64,000 bases of DNA from Chrysomallon squamiferum (GCA_012295275.1 CM022665.1:47864001-47928000), one strand, 5' to 3'. Positions 1 to 14,637 are shown, numbered from the stretch's first letter. Notes: generated by a model not told the origin, from the sequence alone. Translations and numbers: made by a program.

Positions 1-107
1 CGGATCTGGAAAGGGTGTGGTTGTGGTTTCGAAATGCATGAGGGGCGCGGCTGTGGGAAGTGTTGTGGACTGATGGCGGGGCGGTGATGAAGGGTGTGGT
101 TTGTCAT
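1..107 (-). CDS. Possible first coding segment of a gene running off the left edge (MTNHTLHHRPAISPQHFPQPRPSCISKPQPHPFQI...)
   Basis: GC-rich island with ATG at 105-107, open to the window edge and followed by an abrupt AT-rich flank. No homology recognised. Confidence 0.25.
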   Translation of the reverse strand, partial: MTNHTLHHRPAISPQHFPQPRPSCISKPQPHPFQI

Positions 108-226
108 AGTCACGAAAAATTTAAACACGCGCGATTGAAATATCGAAACATTTAAATATTTGTGTCCGTGAAAGTAAAGTCAATAATAATAAAAAATATA
201 TATAAAATAAAAAAAATAAAAAAGTA

Positions 227-289
<63 letters not shown>

Positions 290-788
290 AAGAAGAAAAA
301 GTTCAGAATAATGAAATAAAATAATAAATAAATAAAATAACATAAATAACATATTATCGTTTAGTCGGCTAGTACAGAATAAGAAACTTTTAACTGATAA
401 AGATTTTTTTTTTTTAACATTTTTTTTTCTTCTTCCGTGAAATAAAACTAATTTTATCTTAGACTGGCTTGTAACATTTTCTGTAATGTTGAATCCTATT
501 TTACATTATGAAAAATACGCCATAAATTACATTCAATCTACAACGTATTCAGGTAATAAATTCGGTTATTAATTTTTATGTAAATTAATGTCATTTTTCT
601 TTAGCATCGATCCACAGACTGTTCTATAAATAACTTATATTTTATCAATACAACAGAACGACATCATCGGCAAAGTTGTTCACGTAACCTACGCATTTTG
701 GAACAGTTTAATTCTTAAATATTGAACAAAATGTTATTCATACAGGTTATTCGGTGCACGCGCCATTAGCATTATACTAATTTATTTC

Positions 789-914
789 TGACGTCACGCG
801 GTTCCAGCTCAGGTCAGGGCGTGCAAATGAGTTGCGGGAATTCCCGTAAAAGATTGCAGCGTAATACAAGACTGGTAATCATTGTTTTCGTGACAAACCA
901 GTCACAATGCAAAT
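789..914. promoter_or_regulatory. Candidate enhancer/promoter motif cluster: CRE, kB, octamer
   Basis: TGACGTCA at 789-796, GGGAATTCCC at 836-845 and ATGCAAAT at 907-914, all in a CpG-rich non-repetitive patch. Motif evidence only. Confidence 0.4.
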
Positions 915-1764
915 AGAACTTACTGCGTACCCTTGAAACCTGTTTTGCGTCTGCTTTAAACCGGGACGTCAACTCCGAGGTCGTTAGTAAAAAGAAACTA
1001 ATACACAGTCTGTTTACAACATCAGTAAAAATATCAACAGCTGAAAAATAATTCTGGTGCTGATTTCTATTTTTAACCAAATCACAAATAAATAAATAAA
1101 TAAATAATCACATTAATAATTATAAATAATAATAATATCAAAGTATGCAACTTATGCATACACATAATTATTTACGTGCACAGGAATGTGCGTTCGTAAA
1201 TATATGTCGAAATTTCCATAAACGCTGATGATGTAAATTTGTTGTAAGTAAATATTCACATGCATGCATGTAATCACGCACAATTTGCATTGCACTGCTA
1301 TGAATAGATATTGCACAATATTTAATGATGTGCATGCATACACACACACATGCTCATATATTTGTGAACAGTGTAACATGCACACAAACACACACACACA
1401 TCACGTACTTTAGTGTGGATTACAATTTCAGATATACACGCATTTATGTACTTTCAGAGTTCTTCCGCGAAAGTTAGTAATCTGAACTATTATTAAAAAA
1501 AAATAAAAATAAAAAATCAACCACATAGCCCAATTGTATTATTATTATTATTATTATTGTTGTTGTTGTTGTTGTTGTTATTATTGTTATTTTACACTTT
1601 AAACTATATGCTTAGCAATATTCTCATGGGAAACATTTGAATAGTTTTATTTTGAAAGCAGGAATTTCTGAAATAATTTTTTTTTTTATAAAAATGATGT
1701 CAGCAGATTACAAAGCAGTTATTATTATTATTATTATTACTATTGATATTATTATTATTATTGT

Positions 1765-1806
<42 letters not shown>

Positions 1807-2985
1807 TTACGTTTGGAAAAGGCCCAAAAATTTAAACAATTTTATTCATAAAATAGACTTCCTGTTACGTGTCAACTGAATTTAATGTGAATATTTGAAA
1901 TGTGAATAATCAGGGAGTGGTACTAAATTAGAAACTTTCCCACTTTAAATTATTCACAAAGATTTGCTAATTCCTGTATAATTTAATAATAAAAATAAAA
2001 TTTAGTTATAAACCACCCCACAAAAAAAAAAATAAAAAATAAAAAATTATCCGTGTCAGATTTAAAAAATTTGAAATCATTAGTTATAGTAAACTGTACA
2101 AGTATATTTGAAAAAACATATACCAGAGAATAAAACAAAGAAGAGAAATTTTAAAATATCCTTTCAGACCATCCTTTATTTAATTCGCTGCAACAGCTAC
2201 ATCCGGGTTATTTAGTACAGGCGCCATTCGGTACATTTTCAAAAGGGGATTCTTGTGTTTAATAACCTAGACTGGTTTTTGAAATAATGTGTTAGCAAGT
2301 GTGAATACTTTCTTTTTCTTCTTTAAACAAAATCGGTCTAAACAACTGCTTGCTATGTTTGTTTTTTTTCCTTTAGCAACGTCACTTTTATATTAATAAA
2401 TGTGTTCTACTGCCCAAGTAGAAACTATTCCTGTTTTTTTGGAGAGGAGGTGGTTGTGGTTGTGGTGAGGATGCATGCTTTTATTTTAAAAATAAAATTA
2501 ACGTTATTAAGATAATGTTTGTAGTGGTAGCAATATTAGTATTAAAATAGTGACAGTAATGATAATAGCAGCATCTGCAGTAACAACAACAGTAAACAGC
2601 AACAACAACAATGATAGTAATTATTATTACTACTATTATTATTATTGTTAGTAGTAATAGTAGTGGTAGTAACAGTAGTAGTTGTTGTTGTTATTGTAGT
2701 AGAAATAACAGTAGTAGTAATGAAAGTCCATAGTAATTCAAGATAATAAAAACAAATATATAAAAATGAATAACAATATAATTGAAGTGAAGGGTTACAG
2801 AAGATTTTAAAACTTTTCCTGGATATTTTTATTTCTTCCTTGTCGCGGGAACTCGTCACAGGTCGATTCACATGAGTTGTCAGCCACCGAGAATCCATGG
2901 TGATTTCAGAAATATCATTATTTATTTATTTATTTATTTTTAACTTATTTTGATATCATTCTTTCATTTTTTAAAGATTACAAAT

Positions 2986-3025
<40 letters not shown>

Positions 3026-3501
3026 TCTTCGTTTTTGTTTTATATTATTCTAATTTTATTTCCTTCTGCCAAATGTTATCGCTTCCTACGTAAAATGGAA
3101 AGAAATGACGTCATTGATGACGCCGGGAAGGAATATATGTCATGTATTTCCTTAATGGCGTTTAGTTTTGACTTTCCCACAACAAAAATGACAAACAACA
3201 GCTAATTTCATGTTGTTATTTTTAAATTTATTTTAATTTTTTTTTTTAGACACTATACACATTCTGATCCAGTATTAAGTTTTATCTTTAATATCAAAAA
3301 GAAGTTAAGAAAAGTAGTAGTAGCAGTAGTAATAGTAAAAATAATAGTGGTAGTTGTAATAATAGTAGTAGTAAAAGTAGCAGTAATGATAGTAGTGGAA
3401 GTAATAATGGTAGGAGTAGTAGTAGTAGCAGTAGCAGAGTAGTGGTGTTGGTGGTACTAGTAGTAGTAGTAGTAGCAGAAGTAACAAAGACAGTAGATTG
3501 G

Positions 3502-3653
3502 TAAGCGAATTAAATGTAATAATTTAATAAATTTATCATTTTAATGTCATTTTTTTCTCTCTCACAGATATATATATATATCTATATATATATATATATA
3601 TATACGGACATTAAAATGATAAATTTATTAAATTATTACATTTAATTCGCTTA
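3502..3653. repeat. Perfect 47-bp inverted repeat (3502-3548 / 3607-3653) around a (TA)n tract
   Basis: TAAGCGAATTAAATGTAATAATTTAATAAATTTATCATTTTAATGTC and its exact reverse complement. Confidence 0.95.
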
Positions 3654-4218
3654 TATATATATATCGTTGCACTTTTTGAGTCAGCAAAGGTGTACAGCAC
3701 TATGCTAAATAAGTGAGTCACGTAAAACTTGTATGTCATGTTTAATATACATACTTAAACACATGACGACTGCCAGAAGTATTAGCTTATACAAAGAATG
3801 CAGCGGTGTAGATCTACCTTGTTACCAGGTCGTCCTGTCCGGTAATTTTCCCTTCGTGTATATGTTTACTTACCTTATCTACCTAACAAGGCGTAGCGAG
3901 GACATTTACCTACTTAAACACAATAGCTACTAGTCTGGTAAGCTGGGAAATACCCGCACGTGAACATGATACTTGAAAACATGTTAACAATGAGGATGAT
4001 GAAACAGAATACAGCACGCAGTAGGTCTACTGCTGCTATCTGATAAAAAAAAAAAAAAAAAATAATAATATCTATATCGAGAAAACTCATTTTAACATCT
4101 GACGCAAGCTGTTTTGTTTTATATCTTTTGTTTTTCTTCATTCTGTGATTATTAACTGATCAAAGTCAAATCGGACAATCAGATATATTATTTAAGAATA
4201 ATACCTGTAGTATATCAA

Positions 4219-4257
<39 letters not shown>

Positions 4258-4548
4258 TGTTATTATTCGTATTCATATTCATATTATTTTAAATTACTGT
4301 TTGATTAGAATTCGGATAAAGTAAAGTGTAATTTGAATGTATGTATGAATGAATTAATGAATAAAGAAAGAAATAAATAAAGAAAGAAAGGACAAGAGAA
4401 GTAATTTCGTAACAGAAATAATCTGACTGCTTTGAATGAGGATTATCTCCTCTTCCGTTGAAGAAATTCTAGAATAAACCTCCCCCCCAACAGATGTCTT
4501 AACATTTATTTTCTGATGTCGGTTATTCCAGTGTTTAAAGCGTCCCAT

Positions 4549-6906
4549 TGTTCTACTTCTGTAGTACATATTACATGCACGTTCTGTAGTACATATTACA
4601 TGCACGTTCTACTTCTGCAGTACATATTACATGCACGTTCTGTAGTACATATTACATGCACGTTCTGTAGTACATATTACATGCACGTTCTACTTCTGCA
4701 GTACATATTACATGCACGTTCTGTAGTACATATTACATGCACGTTCTGTAGTACATATTACATGCACGTTCTGCAGTACATATTACATGCACGTTCTGTA
4801 GTACATATTACATGCACGTTCTACTTCTGCAGTACATATTACATGCACGTTCTGTAGTACATATTACATGCACGTTCTACTTCTGCAGTACATATTACAT
4901 GCACGTTCTGTAGTACATATTACATGCACGTTCTACTTCTGCAGTACATATTACATGCACGTTCTGTAGTACATATTACATGCACGTTCTGTAGTATATA
5001 TTACATGCACGTTCTACTTCTGCAGTACATATTACATGCACGTTCTGTAGTACATATTACATGCACGTTCTGTAGTACATATTACATGCACGTTCTGCAG
5101 TACATATTACATGCACGTTCTGTAGTACATATTACATGCACGTTCTGTAGTACATATTACATGCACGTTCTACTTCTGCAGTACATATTACATGCACGTT
5201 CTGTAGTACATATTACATGCACGTTCTGTAGTACATATTACATGCACGTTCTACTTCTGCAGTACATATTACATGCACGTTCTGTAGTACATATTACATG
5301 CACGTTCTGTAGTACATATTACATGCACGTTCTACTTCTGCAGTACATATTACATGCACGTTCTGTAGTACATATTACATGCACGTTCTGTAGTACATAT
5401 TACATGCACGTTCTACTTCTGCAGTACATATTACATGCACGTTCTGTAGTACATATTACATGCACGTTCTGTAGTACATATTACATGCACGTTCTGTAGT
5501 ACATATTACATGCACGTTCTACTTCTGCAGTACATATTACATGCACGTTCTGTAGTACATATTACATGCACGTTCTGTAGTACATATTACATGCACGTTC
5601 TACTTCTGCAGTACATATTACATGCACGTTCTGTAGTACATATTACATGCACGTTCTACTTCTGCAGTACATATTACATGCACGTTCTGTAGTACATATT
5701 ACATGCACGTTCTGTAGTACATATTACATGCACGTTCTACTTCTGCAGTACATATTACATGCACGTTCTGTAGTACATATTACATGCACGTTCTGTAGTA
5801 CATATTACATGCACGTTCTACTTCTGCAGTACATATTACATGCACGTTCTGTAGTACATATTACATGCACGTTCTACTTCTGCAGTACATATTACATGCA
5901 CGTTCTGTAGTACATATTACATGCACGTTCTGTAGTACATATTACATGCACGTTCTACTTCTGCAGTACATATTACATGCACGTTCTGTAGTACATATTA
6001 CATGCACGTTCTGTAGTACATATTACATGCACGTTCTACTTCTGCAGTACATATTACATGCACGTTCTGTAGTACATATTACATGCACGTTCTGTAGTAC
6101 ATATTACATGCACGTTCTACTTCTGCAGTACATATTACATGCACGTTCTGTAGTACATATTACATGCACGTTCTGTAGTACATATTACATGCACGTTCTA
6201 CTTCTGCAGTACATATTACATGCACGTTCTGTAGTACATATTACATGCACGTTCTGTAGTACATATTACATGCACGTTCTACTTCTGCAGTACATATTAC
6301 ATGCACGTTCTGTAGTACATATTACATGCACGTTCTGTAGTACATATTACATGCACGTTCTGTAGTACATATTACATGCACGTTCTACTTCTGCAGTACA
6401 TATTACATGCACGTTCTGTAGTACATATTACATGCACGTTCTGTAGTACATATTACATGCACGTTCTACTTCTGCAGTACATATTACATGCACGTTCTGT
6501 AGTACATATTACATGCACGTTCTACTTCTGCAGTACATATTACATGCACGTTCTGTAGTACATATTACATGCACGTTCTGTAGTACATATTACATGCACG
6601 TTCTACTTCTGCAGTACATATTACATGCACGTTCTGTAGTACATATTACATGCACGTTCTGTAGTACATATTACATGCACGTTCTACTTCTGCAGTACAT
6701 ATTACATGCACGTTCTGTAGTACATATTACATGCACGTTCTACTTCTGCAGTACATATTACATGCACGTTCTGTAGTACATATTACATGCACGTTCTGTA
6801 GTACATATTACATGCACGTTCTGTAGTACATATTACATGCACGTTCTACTTCTGCAGTACATATTACATGCACGTTCTGTAGTACATATTACATGCACGT
6901 TCTGCA
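4549..6906. repeat. Minisatellite of 25-bp (GTTCTGTAGTACATATTACATGCAC) and 31-bp (GTTCTACTTCTGCAGTACATATTACATGCAC) units
   Basis: Near-perfect tandem copies over ~2.35 kb, mostly in 31+25+25 = 81-bp triplets. Confidence 0.98.
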
Positions 6907-7274
6907 GGATGTTTCAGTGACTAATTTTACAGCAGATGACGAACTGTAACAAAAATGGCGTCACATTACGAAAGCAGATGTATTTTAAATTACTATGATA
7001 CACTTAAAACCGAAATAACTTCTCTTGTACTTACAATGAACAGGGAAATAAAATTAGACTTGTCACGCAGGCCCAACATGATTGACAACGACAAAAAAAA
7101 AAAAAAAAAAAAAAAGTCGGTCAGATATAGGAAACAGATCTCCATGAACTTTGACCCCCGCTTAGCCAGGGGAAACCCCGGATGATAGTTGCGCAGTCTC
7201 TTATACAGTGACTGAATATGGTGAGTGTAACTCGAAATAAATAATTATTTCCTTCTTCATAAACAATGAACAAG

Positions 7275-7313
<39 letters not shown>

Positions 7314-7421
7314 AACGTATCTACATAGGGAAGAACAAAGTTTCAAATAAATCATATTTTTATTGTTAACATTATTTTTCTTTACCACTCATTGTTTAAA
7401 ATATTTGGTCAAGAATTTTGA

Positions 7422-9179
7422 ACTCCAGTGACGAAAACCCCCCCCCCAAAAAAACCCCCCAAACAAAACAAACAATACAATAAATATATAATATTCTGGA
7501 AAAACCAGGCATAATATTCATTCCTGGGTAATGTTTCTTAAGGGGTATTTGAATAAACACGCATATATTTGCCGACATTATGATGGAAATTTTAAAATTT
7601 ATTTTCCTCGTAAAAAATTTAAAACGAAAATAGAAAAAACCAAAAAAAAAAAAAAAAAAACCAAATAGAAAAGAAAAGAAAAGAAAAGAAAAAAGTCTGC
7701 TAGGAATAACTTTCGCTTTTCTTGGGGAACTTTTAACATTTTATTTTTGGAATATTACTCGCTTTTATCAGTTTAAATTTGTTCTCTTTGTTTATGACGA
7801 ATCACCGTTTTCCTGTCAAATTAGTAATACATACACACATACATACATACATACATACACACATACATACACACATACACACACATATATATATATATAC
7901 ACACATACATACACATATATATACACACATACATACACATATATATACACACATACATACACATATATATACACACATACATACACATATATATACACAC
8001 ATACATACACATATATATATACACACATACATACATACACATACATACACATATATATATACACACATACATACACATACATACATACACATATATATAT
8101 ACACACATACATACACATACATACATACACATATATATATACACACATACATACACACATACATACACACATACATACACACATACATACACACATACAT
8201 ACACATATATATATATACACACATACATACACACATACATACACACATACATACACATATACATACACACATACATACACACATACATACACACATACAT
8301 ACACACATACATACATACACATACATACATACACATATATATATACACACATACATACACATATATATACACACACATACATACACATATATATATACAC
8401 ACATACATACACATATATATATACACATATATACACATATATATATACACACATACATACACAGGGTCATTCAAAAGTCCCGCTACACTTTTAAGTTTTA
8501 ATTCCAGTAGTGGAAGCAATAGAACTAGCAGCAGTAATAGTAATAATACAAGCAGTAGTAGTAGTAGTAGTAGCAGCAGTAATAGTAATAATACAAGCAG
8601 TAGTAGTAGTAGTAGCAGCAGTAATAGTAATAATACAAGCAGCAGTAGTAGTAGTAGTAGCAGCAGCATCAGCAGTAGCTGCAGTAGTAATAATAGTGCT
8701 GTTAGTAGTAACAATAACAGTGGTTATTCTAATAGCAACATTAGCAACAGTAGCAACAGCAGCAGCACCAGTAGTAGCAGTAGTAGTAGCAGCAGTTGCT
8801 GCAGTAGGAGTAGTGGCAGTAGTAGTAGTAGCAGTTCTAAAAGCAGCAGTAGCAGCAGCAGTAGCAGCAGGAGTAGTAATAGTAGTAGTAGTAATAAAGG
8901 TAGAAATAGTAGCATTACTAGTAGTAATAGCAGTAACAGTAATACTAGTAATAGTAGTATTAGTAATAGTATTAGTAATAGTAGTATAAATAGTTGTAGT
9001 AATGGTAGTAGTAGTAATAGTATTAGCAGTAGTAGTAGTTGTGGTAGAAGTAATAGTAATAATTGTAGTGTAGCAATAGTTGTAGTAATAGGAGTAGCAG
9101 CAGTAATAGTAATAGTACAAGTAGTAGTAGTAGTAGTAGTAGTAGTAGCAGTAGTAGTAGTAGTAGTAGTAGCAATAGT

Positions 9180-9211
<32 letters not shown>

Positions 9212-11281
9212 CTGTGGTAGAAGTAATAGTAATAATTGTAGTGGTAGCAATAGTTGTAGTAATAGGAGTAGCAGCAGTAATAGTAATAGTACAAGTAGTA
9301 GTAGTAGTAGCAGTAGTAGCAGTAGTAGTAGCAGCAGCAGCAGTGACAAAAACAATATAATTCTGGAAAAACCAGGCATAGACTTTGCTCCCGGAGAATT
9401 GTTCTGAAAGGGATATTTGAATAAACACGGAAATATTTATAGAAATGAAAATTTTTATTTCCCTAGTAAAAGATTTAAAACGAAAATAGAAAAAAGAAAA
9501 GAAAAAGTCTGCTATAAATAACTTTGGCTTTTCTTGCGGAACTTTTAACATCTTATTTTTGGAATATTACTCACTTTTATCAGTTTAAATTTGTTCTCTT
9601 TGTTTATCCCGAGTTACCGTTTTCCCGTCAAATTAGTAGAGGACACACACACACACACACACATTTTAGAGGAAACTGTGATTTGCAATAACACATACAC
9701 AGAACACACATACACACATAATATATATATATATATATATATATATAGGCCTATGTTAAGCAATATAAAAAACAAAAGTTTTGAATGTACCTTTATCTGT
9801 TACATGTTTAGCGATATTAAAAAGTTATACAAGTAGTACTAATGGTAGTGATGGTACTGGTACTAATAGAAATAATAGTACTAGTATTCGTAATAATATT
9901 AATAGTTATAATAGTAATAGTAGTAATATTAATAGCGATAGCAGTAACTAGTATCATCTTCATCATCATTATTGTTGTCGTTGTTGTTATTATTGTTATT
10001 ATTATCATTATAGTTGTTGTTATTATTATCAGTAGTAGTAGTAATAGCTGTAGTAGTACTTGTAGTAGTAGTATCAGAAGTAGTACTAGTGGTAGTTATG
10101 GTACCGGTACTAGTAGTAACTGTAATTATAGAATGATTTCAGAAGTAACAGTAGTAGTAGAAGTAATAGTATTAGCAGTAGTAGTAGTTGTGGTAGAAGT
10201 AATAATAGTAATTGTAGTGGTAGCAAAAGTGATAGTAATAGAACTAGCAGCAGTGATAGTAATAGAACTAGCAGCAGTAATAGTAATAATACAAGTAGTA
10301 GTAGCAGCAGTACCAGCAGTAGCTGTAGTAGTAATAGTAGCAGTTCTAAAAGCAACAGTAGCAATAGAATTAGTAGCAGTAGTAGTAGTAGTAGTAGCAG
10401 GAGTAGTAGTAGTAGCAGTAATATTGGTTGTAGAAGTAATATTAGTAATATTAGTAGTTGTAGTGATAGCAATAATAGAAGTAGTGAGCAGTGGCAGTAG
10501 TAGTAGTAGTTGTAGTAATATAAATAGTAGTTGTAGAGTTGTAGTAATATAAATAGTAGTAATAGTAGTGAATAAAGGCAGTAGTAATAGTTGTAGTAAT
10601 ATAAGTAGTAGGTGTAGTAGTTGTAGTAATAGTTGTAGTAATATAAGTAGTAGGTGTAGTAGTTATAGTAATAGAAGTGGTAGTAGTAGTCGTTATAGTA
10701 AAACTTGTGGTAACAGTAGTAGCACTATGCTTTGCTATTTACTTCACGAAATACATGTAACTTGGAGGCTGTCACATGGCACAGTTTATATAGTAACAAA
10801 CGTCTGTGTTCATGCAAACAGTTTTAGGTTTACGTGTTCATAAGATATATCAGTAGCAACCTTTTTGTCCGGGGTTTACCCTGCTAGTTTTGCTAAGGGC
10901 AGGTCAAAGTTCACGAGATCGGTTTGTTATATCTGACCGACTCCAGTGACGAACACAATAGAGCCTACTTCTGGAAAAACCAGGAACGCGTTTTACCTCC
11001 CAGCTATTTTTCTGAAGGGTTATTTGAATAATAACGGAAATATCTGCTGACATTATCAGTTAAATTTTAAAATTTATAAAAGATATAAAACGGGGAAAAA
11101 AAAAAAAAAAAACGGAAAAAGAAAGTCTCTTAAGAGTAATTTTCGATTTTCCTGCGGGGCTTAAAAATCTCAGTTTTGGAATGTTACTCACTTTTATTTG
11201 AATTTGAAAATCACGTTTTTTTTTTTTCTCTCTATTTATACCAGATGATCGTTTTCCTGTCACATTAGTATTAGTAGGATC

Positions 11282-11312
<31 letters not shown>

Positions 11313-12745
11313 GCACGCGCGCGCGCGCACACACACAATTTATATATAGATATGTGTTAAACAAAATAGAAACTAAACATTTTGAATGTACACTTATCTA
11401 TAACATGTTTTGCGATATCAAAAAATAATACAAAATAAAAAGTAATAAAGGTTGTAGTAGTAGTAGTAGTAGCGGTAGTAGTAGTAGTAGTAGTAGCGGT
11501 AGTAGTAGTAGTAGTAGTTGCAGCAATAGCACTAGTAATAATAGCTGTAGTAATAGAAATAATAGTAATAGTAGTAATACTAACAGCAATAGCAGTCACT
11601 AGTGTCATCATTATCATCATCATCATCATTGTTATTATTGCTGTCGTTGTTATTGTTATTGTTATTGTTATATTATTATCATAATTATCATTGTTGTTGT
11701 TATTGTTATTGCTGTTATTATTGTTTTATTATTGTTGTTGTTATTATTGTTATTGTTATTATTGTTTTATTATTATTGTTGTTGTTATTATTGTTTATAT
11801 TATTATTATTAGTAGTAGTAGCAGCAGTAGTGGTAGTAGTAATAGCTGTTGTAGTAGAAGTTGTTTTTGCAGAAGTAGTATCAGAAGTAGTACTAGTGGT
11901 AGTGATGGTACTGGTACTACTAATTACTGTAATTATAGAATAATTGCTGTAGTAACAGTAGTAGTAGTAGCAGCAGTAATAGTAATACTATTAATAGGTT
12001 TAGCAGTAGTAGTAGTTGTGGTAGAAGTAATAGTAGTAATGGTAGTGGTAACAATAGTGGCAGTAATAATACAAGTAGTAGCAGTAGTAGTAGTAGTAGT
12101 AGCAGCAGTAGTAGTAGTAGCAGCAGCAGCAGTAAAAATAATAGTAGAAGTTGTAATAGCAACATTAGTAGCAGTAGCAACAGCACCAGTAGTAGCAGCA
12201 GCAGTAGTAGTAGCAGTATTAGTAGTATTAGTGGTAGTAACAGTAGTAGAAATAGTAGTAGTACTAATAGTATAAATAGTAGTACTTTTAGTAGCAACAA
12301 TAGCAGTAGTGGTAGTAGTAGTGATAGTAGTAGAAGTATAGTAATAGTAGTATGGCAGAAGTAATATTGGTAGTAGAAGTAGTATTAGTAGTAATATTAG
12401 TAATTGTAGTTGTAGTGGTAGCAATAACAGCAGTATTGAGTAGTGACAGTAGTAGTAGTTGTAGTAATATAAATAATAGGTGTAGTAGTTGTAGTAATTT
12501 AAGTAGTAGGTGTAGTAGTTGTAGTAATATAAGTAGTAGGTGTAGTAGTTGCAGTAATACAGTAGTAATAGTAGTTGTAAAAGTAGAGGTAGTAATAGTC
12601 GTTATAGTAATTGTAGTGGTAATAGTAGTGGTACTACGGTTTGCCATTTCTTTTACGAAATACATGAAACTTTGATGCTGTAAAATGGTACAGCTTATAT
12701 AACAACAAACATCTGTGTCAGTTCACACAAACAGTTTTAGATTTA
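7422..12745. repeat. Three diverged tandem copies of a ~1.5-1.9 kb composite module (unique head, CA-rich microsatellite, (AGT/AGC/AAT)n block)
   Basis: Shared head CAGTGAC..TTCTGGAAAAACCAGG..TATTTGAATA..TTTTGGAAT.TTACTC.CTTTTAT..CGTTTTCC.GTCA.ATTAGTA begins at ~7422, ~9341 and ~10940. A shared tail, ACGAAATACATG..ACAGTTTTAG, is at ~10745 and ~12655. Confidence 0.85.
7828..8462. repeat. Compound (CATA)n/(CA)n/(TA)n microsatellite
   Basis: Direct inspection. Confidence 0.95.
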
Positions 12746-14026
12746 ATAAATTTACTATTTTAAATAAACGTGACTTCAGGTTGTGGTTGTCGATACCTAT
12801 TTTCAGATATCGGTGATTTCAGCTTTTAAAATGTCCTATTGTCTCACTTCGTTTATATAATAATACACGTTTCTTCTGGAGGAGAATGTCATTTATTAAT
12901 ATTTATAATTGATGACGAAATTAAGTAAAAAAATGACGTCATATTTTAAAGCAGGTCTTTTTCAAACTTAGTTATGATATAATTAAAACTTAAGTAACTT
13001 GTCTTGTACTAAAAATGAACAGGGAAATAATTTTAACCTTGTCACGCAGGGCAAACATGATCGGCAACCTAAGAAGGAACAAAATTAAACTAAAAAAAAA
13101 GAAAAAAAAGTCGGTCACAAAATGGATGGGCTTTCCAGAGACGTTTTCCTACATTTGCATGTTAGGGGAATTCCCGTTCAAAAAACCCTCAAAGCCTAGC
13201 AGCTGTTACCTAGGCTCACATATGGCGGCAGATAAAATGAAATACATAAATAAATGATTATTACCTTGTTCATGAATAATGTGTAGACGAATAAGGAAAT
13301 GGGTTTTTTTTTTCGTCATCATTTTATTATTTTTCTTGTTTCTGTTTTATTCTCATTCATTATAAACGTTTATACGTCATAATAAAAAAAAATAAAAAAA
13401 TAAAAAATAAAAAAATAAAAAAGTTGACAAGAGAAAAGAAACGGAAAAAGAAAAAGAAAAAAGAAAAAAGAAATAAATAAATGAACCAATATTTAACAAT
13501 ATTTCAACACAGGAAGAATAAAGTTTTAAAAAATAATAGAGTTCTGTGGAGAATTTGTACGAGTTCATACGAGCAGTTTTAGATTTCATAAATCTGAAAT
13601 AAACTTCACCTCGTCAGCTATTCACATTTCTTGTCCTCGATACTTTTTACAACACCTCTTAGAAAAGACTCTAACAGCAATGATTTTTAATTTAAGTGAT
13701 ATCACAACGCAAACAGCAGCAGCAGCAGCAGCAACAACAACAACAACAGCATAGTAACACAACTAATAAAGACCCAAACCTAGATATGCAAGCGCAGTTT
13801 CACGCATAATAAGACCACTGCACTGCAGAAACTGTAGGACTTACTTATTCTAATATAGACACACAAAAAGACAGACAGACGAGCAAATAAAAATGCGTAC
13901 AAACGCGTAAACAGGCACGTGTATACACAAACATACACAGAAACAAATATTAGAACTAAAAATACAGTGAGAAACAGACGTCTGTTTTATTTGTTACGCA
14001 GAGAAAACGTTAATGGAGTCGAGTGC

Positions 14027-14350
14027 AGGCCTTTTGCTGTAGTTCCTGGAGACTCAGTCATTCTAAAGTATTTGCTCAAGCAGTCAAAATTAATAATAAC
14101 AACATTATTATTATTAATATTAATATTGTTATTATCATTATTATTATTATTGTAGTAGTAATAGTAGTAATAATCATAGTAATAGTTGTAGTAGTAGTGT
14201 AATAGTAGTAATAATAATAATAGCAGTAGTAGTAATAGTAGTAGGCCTTTTGCTGTGTTTCCTGGACACTCAGTCATACTACAGTATTTGCTCAAGCAGT
14301 CAAAAATTAATAATAACAACATTATAATTATTAATATTAATATTGTTATT
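14027..14350. repeat. ~100-bp diverged direct duplication (14027-14130 / 14243-14350) separated by trinucleotide repeats
   Basis: AGGCCTTTTGCTGT..TTCCTGGA.ACTCAGTCAT.CTA.AGTATTTGCTCAAGCAGTCAAAA occurs twice. Confidence 0.9.
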
Positions 14351-14383
14351 GTCATTATTATTATTATCATTATCATTATTATT

Positions 14384-14416
<33 letters not shown>

Positions 14417-14557
14417 GTCATCATCATCATCATCATCATTATTATTATTATTATTATTGTTATTATTGTTAGATGATAAAATAAAATATTGTTATTTCCG
14501 TCCATGCATCTTCTGTCTGTTCTGAATAACATTTCCAGTTATTCTGTGTTTGACAAA

Positions 14558-14579
14558 TATCTATCTATCTATCTATCTG

Positions 14580-14624
<45 letters not shown>

Positions 14625-14637
14625 GTCTGTCTGTCTA

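Noticed and set aside
4516-6776. Repeated MHVLLLQYILHARSVV ORFs
   Set aside because: A by-product of the 81-bp (multiple-of-3) minisatellite period.
7779-12675. Long ORFs rich in V/L/T/H/Y/C (mucin- or membrane-like)
   Set aside because: These are translations of (CATA)n and (AGT)n microsatellite blocks with no splice or codon support.
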